Below are positions 13,081-22,226 of a stretch of DNA of 64,000 nucleotides, in pieces. The DNA lies in the NCBI GenBank assembly GCA_038231275.1, contig JBBRLQ010000001.1, positions 576,001-640,000 of the forward strand, given 5' to 3'. The position numbers and the translations under genes were made by a program. The notes under the pieces were generated by a model. That model was given only the letters and a program-made list of their open reading frames with translations. It made no database searches and had not been told where the DNA came from. Position 1 is the first letter of the stretch; every line of letters starts with the position of its first letter. The DNA is from Polyangiales bacterium. Its GTDB lineage: Bacteria; Myxococcota_A; Polyangia; Polyangiales; Polyangiaceae.

Positions 13081-14787
13081 TCAGGGCGTCGCCAAATACT
13101 GCTGCTCGTACCGCGCCATCAGCGTCGTCTGCTGATCGAACATGGAGAGATCCGCCATCATCTTCTGACTCCAGTAGACGCTGATCGTCGACACATCCAT
13201 CGCGCTGATCTTGAACGCCTTGTCCAGCATCGCGCTGATGTCTTTGCCCTGTTTCGTCCACGCCTGCATCGCCCCGCTGATCTCGCAGTACCTGTCGAAG
13301 CTCACCGGCTCCGCGCCCGCCGCGGGCCCCGCGAGGCCCATCTGCCCCTGCGCCATCACGTCCGCCGACGCCTGACCCGCCGCCGCGAACTGCCCCTGCT
13401 GCCCGCTCATGAACGCCTTGCTGTACTCCGTCGCGATCGCGCCCGTCGTGTCGCGCGACATCCGATCGAGCCAGCCCTTCTGCACGCGCTCCCACTTGGC
13501 CTGATCCATCTGGTGCTGCGCGAGCATCTTCTGGAACTCCTCCGGCGCGATCCCGCTCCCCTGCTTCACCTGCAGCTGTCCGTACACCGCGATCGAAACC
13601 CCCTCGACCGGATCGAGCAACCCGCCCGCCGCCGCGCCCGCCACGGCGAGCTTCTGGTTCTCGTTCATCGCGCGCATGCCGGCCGTGTTCAAGACCGCCT
13701 GCCCCTCCGCCGTCGACATGAACTGGCTGAAATGCCGCGTGAACGTGCGCTCGACGAGCTGCCAGTGCAGCTCCTCTTTGTACCCGAGCTGCTTCAGGAT
13801 CGCCGCGTGCTTCTCCGGCTCGCGCTCCGACCACTCGAGAAGCAGCTGATGCACCCAGTAGTTCTCCACGAATTTCGGATCGCGCGGATCGAGCGGCCCC
13901 CACTCGTCGACGTTCTCGAGGTGCTTCGGCACCTCCTGCTTCGCCGCCATCGTCTGCACGCCGTGCGCCGCTCGCCACACGTCATTCACGTTCATCTGCT
14001 GATAGAAGTGCGCCATCCGCGACTCGACGAGCGTCTTGACGTCTTCGGGCGTGCCGCCTTCGTTCTTCACGCGCTCCTCGGCGTACGCCTTCCAGTACGC
14101 GAGCTCGAGCTGCTCCCACTGCTTCAGCCGCTCGATCGGCTCCTCCGGCCACGGCCGCCCCGCCGCGTCCTCGCCCTCGCGAATGTCCTCCCACTGCGCG
14201 CGGAACTTCGCCGTGTCGAGCTTCTTCCCCATCGTCGCGTGCTCGGCAAAGGTGTGCGGCATCCCCCCGAAGTACGTCGCGACGACCGCGTCCGGCAGCG
14301 CCTGGTTCACGGTGTGGCACGCGGGGCAGCCGATCGACTCGCTCTTGTGCGGCGTCGTCCGCCGAAGCGGCCCACCGCACCGGCTGCACGGCAGCGGCTT
14401 GCTCATGCCTTGCTGCGCGGCGGGCCACATCGCGCGGTACTGCTCGACGCGCCAGTGGTTCTCGAAGCGCATCCACGACTCCTCGGCCCACAGCTCCCAA
14501 TAGCGCAGCGCCCGCTTCATCTCGAAGTGCCCCGGCTCCGCCGGCCCGAGCGTGCACAGGTGATCGAAGTGCGGCCGAAACGCGTCGTTCGCCTGCTTGC
14601 GCATCGCCTTCACCTGCTGCTCGACGGCGACGAGCGCGTTGCCCAGCGGCGTCGGGTTCGTCGGGTTCTGCGCGATCATCTGCTGGCACCCGCCCGCCGC
14701 TTGCTGGAGGAGCCCGCCCAGCTGGCCGCCGGTCTGCTGGAGGAGTTGGTTGTATTGTGCAACGACGTTCTGCTGCGCGGGGTGCAT
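13081..14787 (-). CDS. Hypothetical protein: Gln-rich helical N-terminus, CxxC-CxxC zinc finger, C-terminal DUF6620-like helical repeats
   Basis: 568-aa ORF with coding-like composition; CSRCGG...CPAC; C-terminal units PVEGVSIAVYG...WLDRM and PVSFDRYCEI...YWSQKM. Confidence 0.8.
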   Translation of the reverse strand: MHPAQQNVVAQYNQLLQQTGGQLGGLLQQAAGGCQQMIAQNPTNPTPLGNALVAVEQQVKAMRKQANDAFRPHFDHLCTLGPAEPGHFEMKRALRYWELWAEESWMRFENHWRVEQYRAMWPAAQQGMSKPLPCSRCGGPLRRTTPHKSESIGCPACHTVNQALPDAVVATYFGGMPHTFAEHATMGKKLDTAKFRAQWEDIREGEDAAGRPWPEEPIERLKQWEQLELAYWKAYAEERVKNEGGTPEDVKTLVESRMAHFYQQMNVNDVWRAAHGVQTMAAKQEVPKHLENVDEWGPLDPRDPKFVENYWVHQLLLEWSEREPEKHAAILKQLGYKEELHWQLVERTFTRHFSQFMSTAEGQAVLNTAGMRAMNENQKLAVAGAAAGGLLDPVEGVSIAVYGQLQVKQGSGIAPEEFQKMLAQHQMDQAKWERVQKGWLDRMSRDTTGAIATEYSKAFMSGQQGQFAAAGQASADVMAQGQMGLAGPAAGAEPVSFDRYCEISGAMQAWTKQGKDISAMLDKAFKISAMDVSTISVYWSQKMMADLSMFDQQTTLMARYEQQYLATP

Positions 14788-14802
14788 GCGGCTCTCGTGG
14801 GA

Positions 14803-15423
14803 TCAGGTGGTGGGCTTCAACGCGCCGGCGATCGGCCGCCGGCAATACTTGCACATGAAATCGAGCGGCTGCTCTTGCGGACCGCCGCAATGGACGCACG
14901 TGAGCGAGGCGACCTGCTTGTAGCTCTGGTTCGCCCACGGAACTTCTTTCGAGGTCTGCTGCGCGTTCGCGAAGATCGACCCGAGCGAAGGCCCTGCCGC
15001 GACCGGCGGCGCCGGACCGAGCCCCGCCGTCGCGACGGGCGCCGCCGGCAGCGGCGCGAGCCCGATCGCGAGCTCGTACCGCGGCGTCTCCACCGCGACG
15101 AGCGCCGTGAGCCGTTGCTCGAGCGGCCACGACGGCATCGGCTGCTCGACGCTCGCATCCTGCCGCATCCGCGCGAGCTCCCCGCCTGCCCACGCGCAAA
15201 GCCCCTCGAGCACCGCGCGCACCTCGCCCGGAAGCGCTCCGCGCGCCATCCGAAGATTCCGCACCGAAGCCCCGCGCTCGTCATGCCCGAACGCCGCGAC
15301 GCGATAATGCGCGAGCACCCCGTCCCACGCCGGCCCGCCCCCCGGCGGCGACGACGCAGCGGTCTGGAGCACGTACTGCACGTGACTCTCGAGCGACGCA
15401 GCGAGTGACTCGACGGGATGCAT
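14803..15423 (-). CDS. Hypothetical protein with C-terminal zinc ribbon
   Basis: LTCVHCGGPQEQPLDFMCKYCRRPI; ends 15 nt before the 568-aa gene starts. Confidence 0.75.
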   Translation of the reverse strand: MHPVESLAASLESHVQYVLQTAASSPPGGGPAWDGVLAHYRVAAFGHDERGASVRNLRMARGALPGEVRAVLEGLCAWAGGELARMRQDASVEQPMPSWPLEQRLTALVAVETPRYELAIGLAPLPAAPVATAGLGPAPPVAAGPSLGSIFANAQQTSKEVPWANQSYKQVASLTCVHCGGPQEQPLDFMCKYCRRPIAGALKPTT

Positions 15424-15445
15424 CGGTGGCCCGCGAGGGTAGCAG

Positions 15446-15811
15446 CTACCCCACCATCGCGGGACCAGGCATCGCCGCGGCGAGGAGCGCCAAGGCGACC
15501 CACCCCAGCGCCGCGACGACGCCGAAAATCAAGCAGACCACCGCGCCGGGCGTGGTGCGTCGTCGAACCGAACGCACGCCGAACCCCACCGTCGCGAGCG
15601 CCGCGAAGCCAATGGCGAGAAACACGACGTGGCCCGCGCCCTCGAGCTGCGCGCGCCGCGCAGTGAGCGCGTCGATGGCCGACAGCACTCCGCCGGTGTG
15701 GGCATAGCCGTCGATCACGGCGTCGATCCGCATCGCGATCGCGACCTGCGTTGCGACGAGAAGGAGCAGCACCGCCGCTGCCCCCGCGTGTGCAGAGACC
15801 TTCACGCTCAC
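15446..15811 (-). CDS. Hypothetical membrane protein (about 3 TM)
   Basis: Three hydrophobic segments; start codon uncertain. Confidence 0.55.
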   Translation of the reverse strand: MSVKVSAHAGAAAVLLLLVATQVAIAMRIDAVIDGYAHTGGVLSAIDALTARRAQLEGAGHVVFLAIGFAALATVGFGVRSVRRRTTPGAVVCLIFGVVAALGWVALALLAAAMPGPAMVG

Positions 15812-15941
15812 GCCGACGTTTCTCCCACGAGACCGCCCTCCGCGCCTCTTCCACGCCGCCCCAGACCTTGCATGTCGCCCGACCACCCCGACTTTACGCG
15901 CGGTTCGCCCTGGTGTACGAACGCCGTGAAATTTCGCGACT

Positions 15942-16018
15942 GCGCCACTAGCTCAGCTGGATAGAGCATCGGCCTCCGGAGCCGAGGGTCAGAGGTTCGA
16001 ATCCTCTGTGGCGCGCCA
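15942..16018 (+). tRNA. tRNA-Arg(CCG)
   Basis: GCGCCAC/GTGGCGC acceptor stem, D-arm TAGCTCAGCTGGATAGAGC, anticodon arm TCGGC-CTCCGGA-GCCGA, GGTTCGAATCC, encoded CCA. Confidence 0.98.
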
Positions 16019-16153
16019 CCACGATCGATCGAAGCCTCGCCATCAAGCGTGGCGCTTTGCCTTGAGGTTGAAGCGTCTCGACCACCGTGACCCGCGAGAA
16101 ACGTCGCGCCGCGGGGGAATGAAGGGGACGCCTCGCCCGTAGAGGCGTCCGGG

Positions 16154-17026
16154 ATGGACGCGGACCAACGGCTCATCGCGCGCTTCGCCGCCGTCTTCGC
16201 GGCCCTCGGCTGTGCCGGCGCCGCGCTCCTCGCGCAGTCGCTGGAGGTAGGATGCTTCGAGCACGACGGGCCGCTCGGCCCCGCGCTAAGCCTCCTCGTG
16301 CCGCTCGGGATGGCGGCCGTCGGCGCCACGCTCGGCGCGATCGCGCCGCGCGTCGCCGGGATCGCGTGGGGCCTGGCGAGCGCGTGTGTTCTGCTCGCAG
16401 GCGGCCTCCTCGTGGGCGGGCTCGTCGGCTTCGCGTACTGGCCGCCCGACGGGATCCTCATCGGCGCGCGCGACGGCATGGGCTTCGCGGCCGCGTCGAT
16501 CGGGCCGCTGGTGCCGTTCCTCGCCGTGGCGCGCCGCGCGACCGGCGTGCGCGCTCGATCGGTAGCGGACCGATCGAGCCTCGTCGTCGTGTGGTCCGCC
16601 GCGAGCGCAGCCGCAGCCGCCGCGAGTGTGCTCGCCCTGCCGCGCTGGCACCATTTCCCGGTCTGCGTCGCGCCGCGAGGCGTTCCGATCGTTGCAAGCG
16701 TGGTCGTGGGCGTGGCGCTCGCCGCGGTCGTCGCGACCGCCGTCGCCGCGTGGAGGCTCCTCCGCCGCGCGCGGGCGGCGTGCGCGACAGTCTGCGAGGG
16801 CAGCGCCGCGGCGCGTCCGCACGAGCGCGTGGACCTCGGCGTAGGGGAGGGCCGCTCGTTCGCGACGAGCCAGCGCTCGGCCTACCGCGACGCCGCACAG
16901 GTCGACCTGCTCGTCGTCGGCGACCGCGAGGCGTCGCTCCGGGTTCTCGAGGGGAACGCACGCCGGGCGGCGGCGTGTGCGGCACTCGTCCTCGCCGCCG
17001 TCGCCGCCCTCGCTGCGCTCTACTGA
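16154..17026 (+). CDS. Hypothetical polytopic membrane protein
   Basis: Multiple hydrophobic segments; VDLGVG...AYR motif near the C-terminus. Confidence 0.65.
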   Translation: MDADQRLIARFAAVFAALGCAGAALLAQSLEVGCFEHDGPLGPALSLLVPLGMAAVGATLGAIAPRVAGIAWGLASACVLLAGGLLVGGLVGFAYWPPDGILIGARDGMGFAAASIGPLVPFLAVARRATGVRARSVADRSSLVVVWSAASAAAAAASVLALPRWHHFPVCVAPRGVPIVASVVVGVALAAVVATAVAAWRLLRRARAACATVCEGSAAARPHERVDLGVGEGRSFATSQRSAYRDAAQVDLLVVGDREASLRVLEGNARRAAACAALVLAAVAALAALY

Positions 17027-17043
17027 GCCCGGCGAGGCACGCG

Positions 17044-17200
17044 CTATCCCCCTGATCGTCTGGCCGGCGTGCCACGGTCGAGCGACATGCGTGGTCGGTC
17101 CTCGTTGTAGAACTGCGCATGCCCTCGAACGCATCGGACGAGGTGCGGCTCGCTGAGCACGAGGAGGTGGCCCGTTCGAAAGACGGCAACGAAGAACCAC
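17044..17200 (-). mobile_element. Degraded IS transposase (integrase core) C-terminal fragment
   Basis: Minus strand reads HLLVLSEPHLVRCVRGHAQFYNEDRPRMSLDRGTPARR*, matching the DHVIVLxExHL..YxxYYNxxRPHxSL..xP pattern of IS3/IS481-type integrase cores. Confidence 0.75.
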
Positions 17201-17230
17201 CAGAGGTTCTACGCGGCTGCTTAGAAGAGG

Positions 17231-18031
17231 TCATTCGCCAAGGAGTGCGTACTGTCGCGCGGCTCCGAGCGCGGCGAGCGTGTAGCCGGCGATGAACCCC
17301 ACGGTCTCCAGCGGGTCCAGCCAGGACATGCCTGCGAGATCGAAGTACGCGAACAGAATGTCCGCGGCGGCGAGGCTGACGAAGCCCGCCAGGATCGATC
17401 CCCACACCCTCCACACTCGCCCGCCCTGGAAACGAAACGTCAGGCGGACCAGCACTGTCGTCGGCACGAGGACGACGAAATCGAGGACGGGATAGGCGAG
17501 CGTCACGAGGGACTCGCCCGCGGCGTGATGCGTGTTCGCAACCGGCGAGAGCACGCGGAAGCCGATCACCGCGAAGACCACGGCGGCGACCAACCCGATG
17601 AGGAGCGGCTCCAACGGGCGTCCCAGCGGGAGCCCCGACGTCATGTACACCCGCACGAACGACACGAGCCCCAAGACGAGGAGCGCGTAGCCCGCCAGGA
17701 AGAACCCGTCTCCCGGCGACGGCACGGGCAACGCGACGCCGAGTACGTGTGGGTAGACGCCGAGGAGCGCTTCGCCGAGGGCGAAACAGGCGAGCCAGCC
17801 GCTGAGAAGTGTCCACGCGGGGCGCGCACGGTTGCCCGGCTCGAGCCGACGTGCCGCGCCGATCGCATACACCGCGCCGGTGACGAGCGGTCCCAACATG
17901 GCGAAGAAGCCGATGAGCTTGATGGCGTGGGACGCCGACGCATCGGTGTAGAGGAACGCTCCCGGCCAGAAGACCCCCGGAACGTGCAGCATGCACGCGA
18001 CGACGGCGAAGATCACGAGCAGGCGTCTCAC
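17231..18031 (-). CDS. Stand-alone multi-TM putative sensor membrane protein
   Basis: About 8 TM segments with W..L..WL.CF..GE, PVPSPGDGFFLAGY and AYPVLD motifs, typical of membrane input domains of GGDEF/kinase proteins. Confidence 0.75.
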   Translation of the reverse strand: MRRLLVIFAVVACMLHVPGVFWPGAFLYTDASASHAIKLIGFFAMLGPLVTGAVYAIGAARRLEPGNRARPAWTLLSGWLACFALGEALLGVYPHVLGVALPVPSPGDGFFLAGYALLVLGLVSFVRVYMTSGLPLGRPLEPLLIGLVAAVVFAVIGFRVLSPVANTHHAAGESLVTLAYPVLDFVVLVPTTVLVRLTFRFQGGRVWRVWGSILAGFVSLAAADILFAYFDLAGMSWLDPLETVGFIAGYTLAALGAARQYALLGE

Positions 18032-18270
18032 GGCTTTCCTCCGTCCGGCAACACTCGCGCACGGATGCGCGCGATGGTCTGCTCGGTGTTGCGCTTTCCC
18101 ACGAACACGCGAAGGCCCGGTTCGAGCGCAGCGAGCACGCGATCGATGTCCGGGCCTTCGATGAACGGGCCCATGAGCCCGAGCTTCTCGAGGTGCATCC
18201 GGCCGGCGGCGCTGGCCAGGCTCTCGCCGATGTCGGGAGCGAGCTCCACGACGATCGCGGAGATGAGCAC
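18028..18270 (-). CDS. Small helical hypothetical protein
   Basis: About 80 aa (LAPDIGESLASAAGRMHLEKLGL...LEPGLRVFVGKRNT); stop overlaps the start of the membrane gene; start uncertain. Confidence 0.65.
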   Translation of the reverse strand: MLISAIVVELAPDIGESLASAAGRMHLEKLGLMGPFIEGPDIDRVLAALEPGLRVFVGKRNTEQTIARIRARVLPDGGKP

Positions 18271-18452
18271 CTCCCGACGTGCGCCTGGCGTCACCCGACC
18301 ACGGTATACGAAGTCAGTGACGAGGTGCCCCCGACCGGGACGTACTTTCGTCCGCGCGCTCGCAGTCTCCCGGCCAACCTGCCCGGGACCGCCCATCCCC
18401 GTGCGCCCTTTCGCAAGGGCTTTCCGGTACGCTTTGCTCTCGGGAGGAAGAA

Positions 18453-21400
18453 GTGGCCGACATCGGAGCTATGGCGGACGAACTCGAGGCCTTACGGCGT
18501 GAAGTAGAGCGCCTTCGGGTCCTCAGCCAGAACGAGCGTGGTCTGTTGGACGCGGTCATCAACCACAGCCCGCACGGAATCATCGTCTCCGATGCCAAGG
18601 GGCAGCTCACTCTCCACAACAAGGCGGCGGAACGAATCTGGGCCGGGAGCGCGACTGCGACGAATGTCGAGGGCTGGGGTAAGTACAGGGCATTCCACCC
18701 CGATGGTCGTCCCTTTGACCCAGACGATTGGTCCATGGCGCGATGTCTATCAACGGGGGAGACGACATTCGCAAGAGAAACCCACTTCCAGCGCTTCGAT
18801 GACTCCCATGGAATCTTGCTCGGAAGTGCCGCACCAATCTACGACTCTCAGGGAACCCTCACGGGTGCCCTGTCCGTCTTCGCGGACATCACAGAGTTGG
18901 TTCACACTCGAAAACAAGCCGAGGACCTTGCACGCCGTCTCCGTGAACAAGAGGCGCTAGGGTCCGACATCGAACGTCGTCAAGCATCTATTCTAGAAGC
19001 AGCAATAGATTGCATTGTTCTCATCGACGAGAATGGCAGCATCCTCGACTTCAATCCGGCCGCGGAGGTGACCTTTCGACGAAGCCGGAAAGATGTTCTC
19101 GGGAAAGAGATGGCGGCCATCCTCATACCGGAAAGATATCGCGAGCAACATCGCATTGGCCTGAAACGATATGTCAAGACACGAAAGGGCACCGTAATTG
19201 GCAAGAGACTGGAGCTGTCCGCAATTCGATCGGATGGATCCGAGTTCCCTGCGGAGCTTTCAATCACTTCGATAGCCCTTGGTGGAGCCATCGCCTTCAC
19301 CGGCTACCTACGTGACATCACCGAACGCCGAAAGGCTGAGGAGGAGCGGGCGGACCTCCTTGCACGCGAACAAGTTGCGCGCATCTCACTTGCCACCACC
19401 CTGAATAGCATTGGCGATGCGGTAATCGCTACCGATGCAACAGGACTCGTGACCTTCATGAATCCGGTGGCGGAATCGCTCACCGGCTGGCCGCTGCACG
19501 ACGCCACAGGACAGCCTCTGCGAACGGTGTTTCGGATCATCAACGAACGGACACGACGAGACGTCGAGAGCCCCGCCGATAAGGTCATCCGGGACGGTGT
19601 CGTCGTCGGGCTGGCGAGTCACACGGTCCTACTCGCCAGGAATGGGAACCAGATCATCATCGAGGACAGTGGCGCCCCCATCCGCGACGAGAAGGGCGTC
19701 CTGACGGGCGTGGTTCTCGTTTTCAGAGATGTCACCTCGAAGAGGAAGGAAGAAAGCCGCAGGGAGTTCTTGACCGATGCGACTCCAGCGCTCGCAGCAT
19801 CGCTGGATGTTCGGAAGACGCTCGCGAGCCTCGCTCGGTCGGCAGTCCCTGCGCTCGCCGACTGGTGTGCCATCGACATGATGGGTGACGACCCATCGAA
19901 GTTTCAGCAAATCGCGGTTGCTCACGTAGATCCGGCAAAAGTGCATATGGCGGAGGAGTTGGGGACGAGGTACCCACCCGATCCGAATGCCAAGACGGGG
20001 GCGCCAAACGTCCTTCGCACGGGCAAACCCGAGCTTTATGAAGAGATCCCCGAGGAGCTGCTGATAGAAGGGGCGGTGGACGCCGAACACCTCCGAATCA
20101 TTCGCGAGCTTCATCTCAGGTCCGCAATGATTGTGCCCTTGATTGCACGGGGCCGTGTTCTGGGCGCAATGACGTTCGTTTTTGCCGAGTCGGACCGTCG
20201 ATACACGCCTGATGACCTTCAGTTTGCCGAGGACTTCGCCCGCAGGGCAGCGATTGCGGTGGACAACGCTCGCCTCTACGAGTCGGAGCAGAATGCTCGA
20301 CGAAACGCCGACCTGGCAAATCGGGCGAAGGATGACTTTCTCGCAACCGTTTCGCACGAACTCAGGACGCCGCTGAACGCGATGCTCGGGTGGACCCGCA
20401 TGCTTCGCACGGGTGACCTCCCCAAAGAAAAGTATGACCGGGCGCTCGAAACAATCGAACGGAATGCGGTCACTCAGGCACAGCTCATCGAAGACCTTCT
20501 CGATGTCTCGCGCATCACCAGCGGCAAGCTGCGTCTCGACGTACAATCTGCCGAATTGGTCGATATCGTAGAACAGGCGGTAGACGCCCAGCGACTGGCG
20601 AGTGAGGCCAAAGCCATCCGTGTCGTGTCCGCCCTCGACCACCATACGGGGCCGATCATGGGCGACCCCCATCGGTTGCAGCAAGTGGTTTGGAACCTCT
20701 TGAGCAACGCCATCAAGTTCACACCGAAAGGTGGACGAATTCACATTGCACTAGAGCGAGTCGATTCGAATCTGCGCCTCACCGTGACGGACACTGGAAC
20801 CGGCATCAATCCGGAGTTCTTGCCGCATGTGTTCGAGCGGTTCAAACAGGCGGATGGCGCCACCACTCGTGCGCATGGTGGACTGGGGCTGGGTCTTGCG
20901 ATAGCGCGGCACATCGTTGAGCTGCACGGCGGCAGTATCCACGTGGACAGCAAGGGTGAGGGAAAAGGTTCCACCTTCACGGTTGTCCTCCCCATATCTC
21001 CCGTTCGTCAGGAAGCGCGGATAACATCCTCGCGCCTAGCAAGCGTCGCAGGCGGACTGGCCTTCGAGATTCGCCCTGAATTGAAGAACCTGAAAGTCTT
21101 GGTTGTCGATGACGAGGAGGACGCCAGAGGTCTCGTCGCTGCTGTGCTCGAACGATGCAGCGCAGTTGTTACGACCGCCGATAGTGTTGCCGATGCGCTG
21201 GAGAAGCTCAGTACGCAAAAGCCTGACATTCTCATCTCGGACATCGGCATGCCCGGTCAGGATGGGTATGATCTCATTCGTCAGGTTCGCGCGCTCACCA
21301 AGGACGAGGGCGGCAACATACCGGCCGCAGCACTCACGGCATATGCCCGCGCCGACGACCGGCGAAAAGCGCTGGATGCGGGATACATGATGCATGTCCC

Positions 21401-21470
21401 GAAGCCGGTCGAACCGGCGGAGCTAGTCGCGGTCATCGCGAATCTCACCCGGTTTGCAGTGCGGCGGTAG
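18453..21470 (+). CDS. Cytoplasmic hybrid histidine kinase (PAS-PAS-PAS-GAF-HisKA-HATPase-REC)
   Basis: Three PAS domains ending DIT/DVT, GAF, VSHELRTPL, NLLSNAIKFT, GGLGLGL, receiver VVDD...SDIGMP...KP; GGAGG upstream of GTG. Confidence 0.96.
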   Translation: MADIGAMADELEALRREVERLRVLSQNERGLLDAVINHSPHGIIVSDAKGQLTLHNKAAERIWAGSATATNVEGWGKYRAFHPDGRPFDPDDWSMARCLSTGETTFARETHFQRFDDSHGILLGSAAPIYDSQGTLTGALSVFADITELVHTRKQAEDLARRLREQEALGSDIERRQASILEAAIDCIVLIDENGSILDFNPAAEVTFRRSRKDVLGKEMAAILIPERYREQHRIGLKRYVKTRKGTVIGKRLELSAIRSDGSEFPAELSITSIALGGAIAFTGYLRDITERRKAEEERADLLAREQVARISLATTLNSIGDAVIATDATGLVTFMNPVAESLTGWPLHDATGQPLRTVFRIINERTRRDVESPADKVIRDGVVVGLASHTVLLARNGNQIIIEDSGAPIRDEKGVLTGVVLVFRDVTSKRKEESRREFLTDATPALAASLDVRKTLASLARSAVPALADWCAIDMMGDDPSKFQQIAVAHVDPAKVHMAEELGTRYPPDPNAKTGAPNVLRTGKPELYEEIPEELLIEGAVDAEHLRIIRELHLRSAMIVPLIARGRVLGAMTFVFAESDRRYTPDDLQFAEDFARRAAIAVDNARLYESEQNARRNADLANRAKDDFLATVSHELRTPLNAMLGWTRMLRTGDLPKEKYDRALETIERNAVTQAQLIEDLLDVSRITSGKLRLDVQSAELVDIVEQAVDAQRLASEAKAIRVVSALDHHTGPIMGDPHRLQQVVWNLLSNAIKFTPKGGRIHIALERVDSNLRLTVTDTGTGINPEFLPHVFERFKQADGATTRAHGGLGLGLAIARHIVELHGGSIHVDSKGEGKGSTFTVVLPISPVRQEARITSSRLASVAGGLAFEIRPELKNLKVLVVDDEEDARGLVAAVLERCSAVVTTADSVADALEKLSTQKPDILISDIGMPGQDGYDLIRQVRALTKDEGGNIPAAALTAYARADDRRKALDAGYMMHVPKPVEPAELVAVIANLTRFAVRR

Positions 21471-21656
21471 GCACGCCCGTCTCTGAAGCCGCGGGCATGA
21501 AGCGGCGGCCTCTCATTTGCGCCACGCGTCGTGCAAAAATGCCGGCGCAGCAACTGCGCGAGCTCTGGGAAGCGTTGTGCTGGCGCCTGTCGCGTTCGCC
21601 CTCCGCGGAAGCTGAATTGCGCTGGTTTCTCAGCTCGCCCGGAGCCTGGCAACGCT

Positions 21657-21672
21657 TGGCGCGCGCCTTGCT
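21657..21672 (+). promoter_or_regulatory. Putative sigma54 promoter of the GlsB/YeaQ gene
   Basis: TGGCGCGCGCCTTGCT, exact GG-N10-GC spacing, 45 nt before the ATG. Confidence 0.7.
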
Positions 21673-21716
21673 TTTGGAGTGGTTCAGTCAACGTCAACCA
21701 CACGAAGGGTCATCCC

Positions 21717-21980
21717 ATGTCCATCATCGCCTGGATCGTTCTCGGCCTCATCTCGGGTTTCATCGCCAGCAAGATCGTCAACAAGACCGGCGAAGGCACG
21801 CTGATCGACATCGTGCTCGGTGTCGTCGGAGCCGTCGTTGGAGGGTTCCTCTTCAACATGATCGGCGCCACCGGCGTCGACGGCTTCAACATCTGGAGCA
21901 TGTTCGTGGCGGTGGTCGGCGCAGTCGTCGTCCTCGTCATCAAGCACGCCCTCATGGGCCGCGGCCGCGTGCACGCCTGA
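21717..21980 (+). CDS. GlsB/YeaQ/YmgE family stress response membrane protein
   Basis: MSIIAWIVLGLISGFIASKIV...DIVLGVVGAVVGG...SMFVAVVGAVVVL. Confidence 0.93.
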   Translation: MSIIAWIVLGLISGFIASKIVNKTGEGTLIDIVLGVVGAVVGGFLFNMIGATGVDGFNIWSMFVAVVGAVVVLVIKHALMGRGRVHA

Positions 21981-22003
21981 CGTCGCCGACGCGCAGCGGC
22001 TCG

Positions 22004-22050
22004 AAGTGACCCGGTAGGGAGCGTCCTGCTTCCTACCGGGTCATTTGCTT
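22004..22050 (+). terminator. Intrinsic terminator hairpin, probably bidirectional
   Basis: AAGTGACCCGGTAGGGAGC / GCTTCCTACCGGGTCATTT long stem between convergent genes. Confidence 0.8.
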
Positions 22051-22226
22051 TAGGCTCGAGCTCGACGGCGTCTAGAGTTGGGCCGTGCCGAAGGCTCCGA
22101 GTCTGTCACCCGCGGACAAGCGCCTTGGGTCGAGGTCGAAGACAACCCCCGCGGGTACCACGCGCAGGTGGTCCACGCGGCGTCCGAGGTTCACGAGCCG
22201 CTCCCGGTTACACAAGCAGTGCCGAC

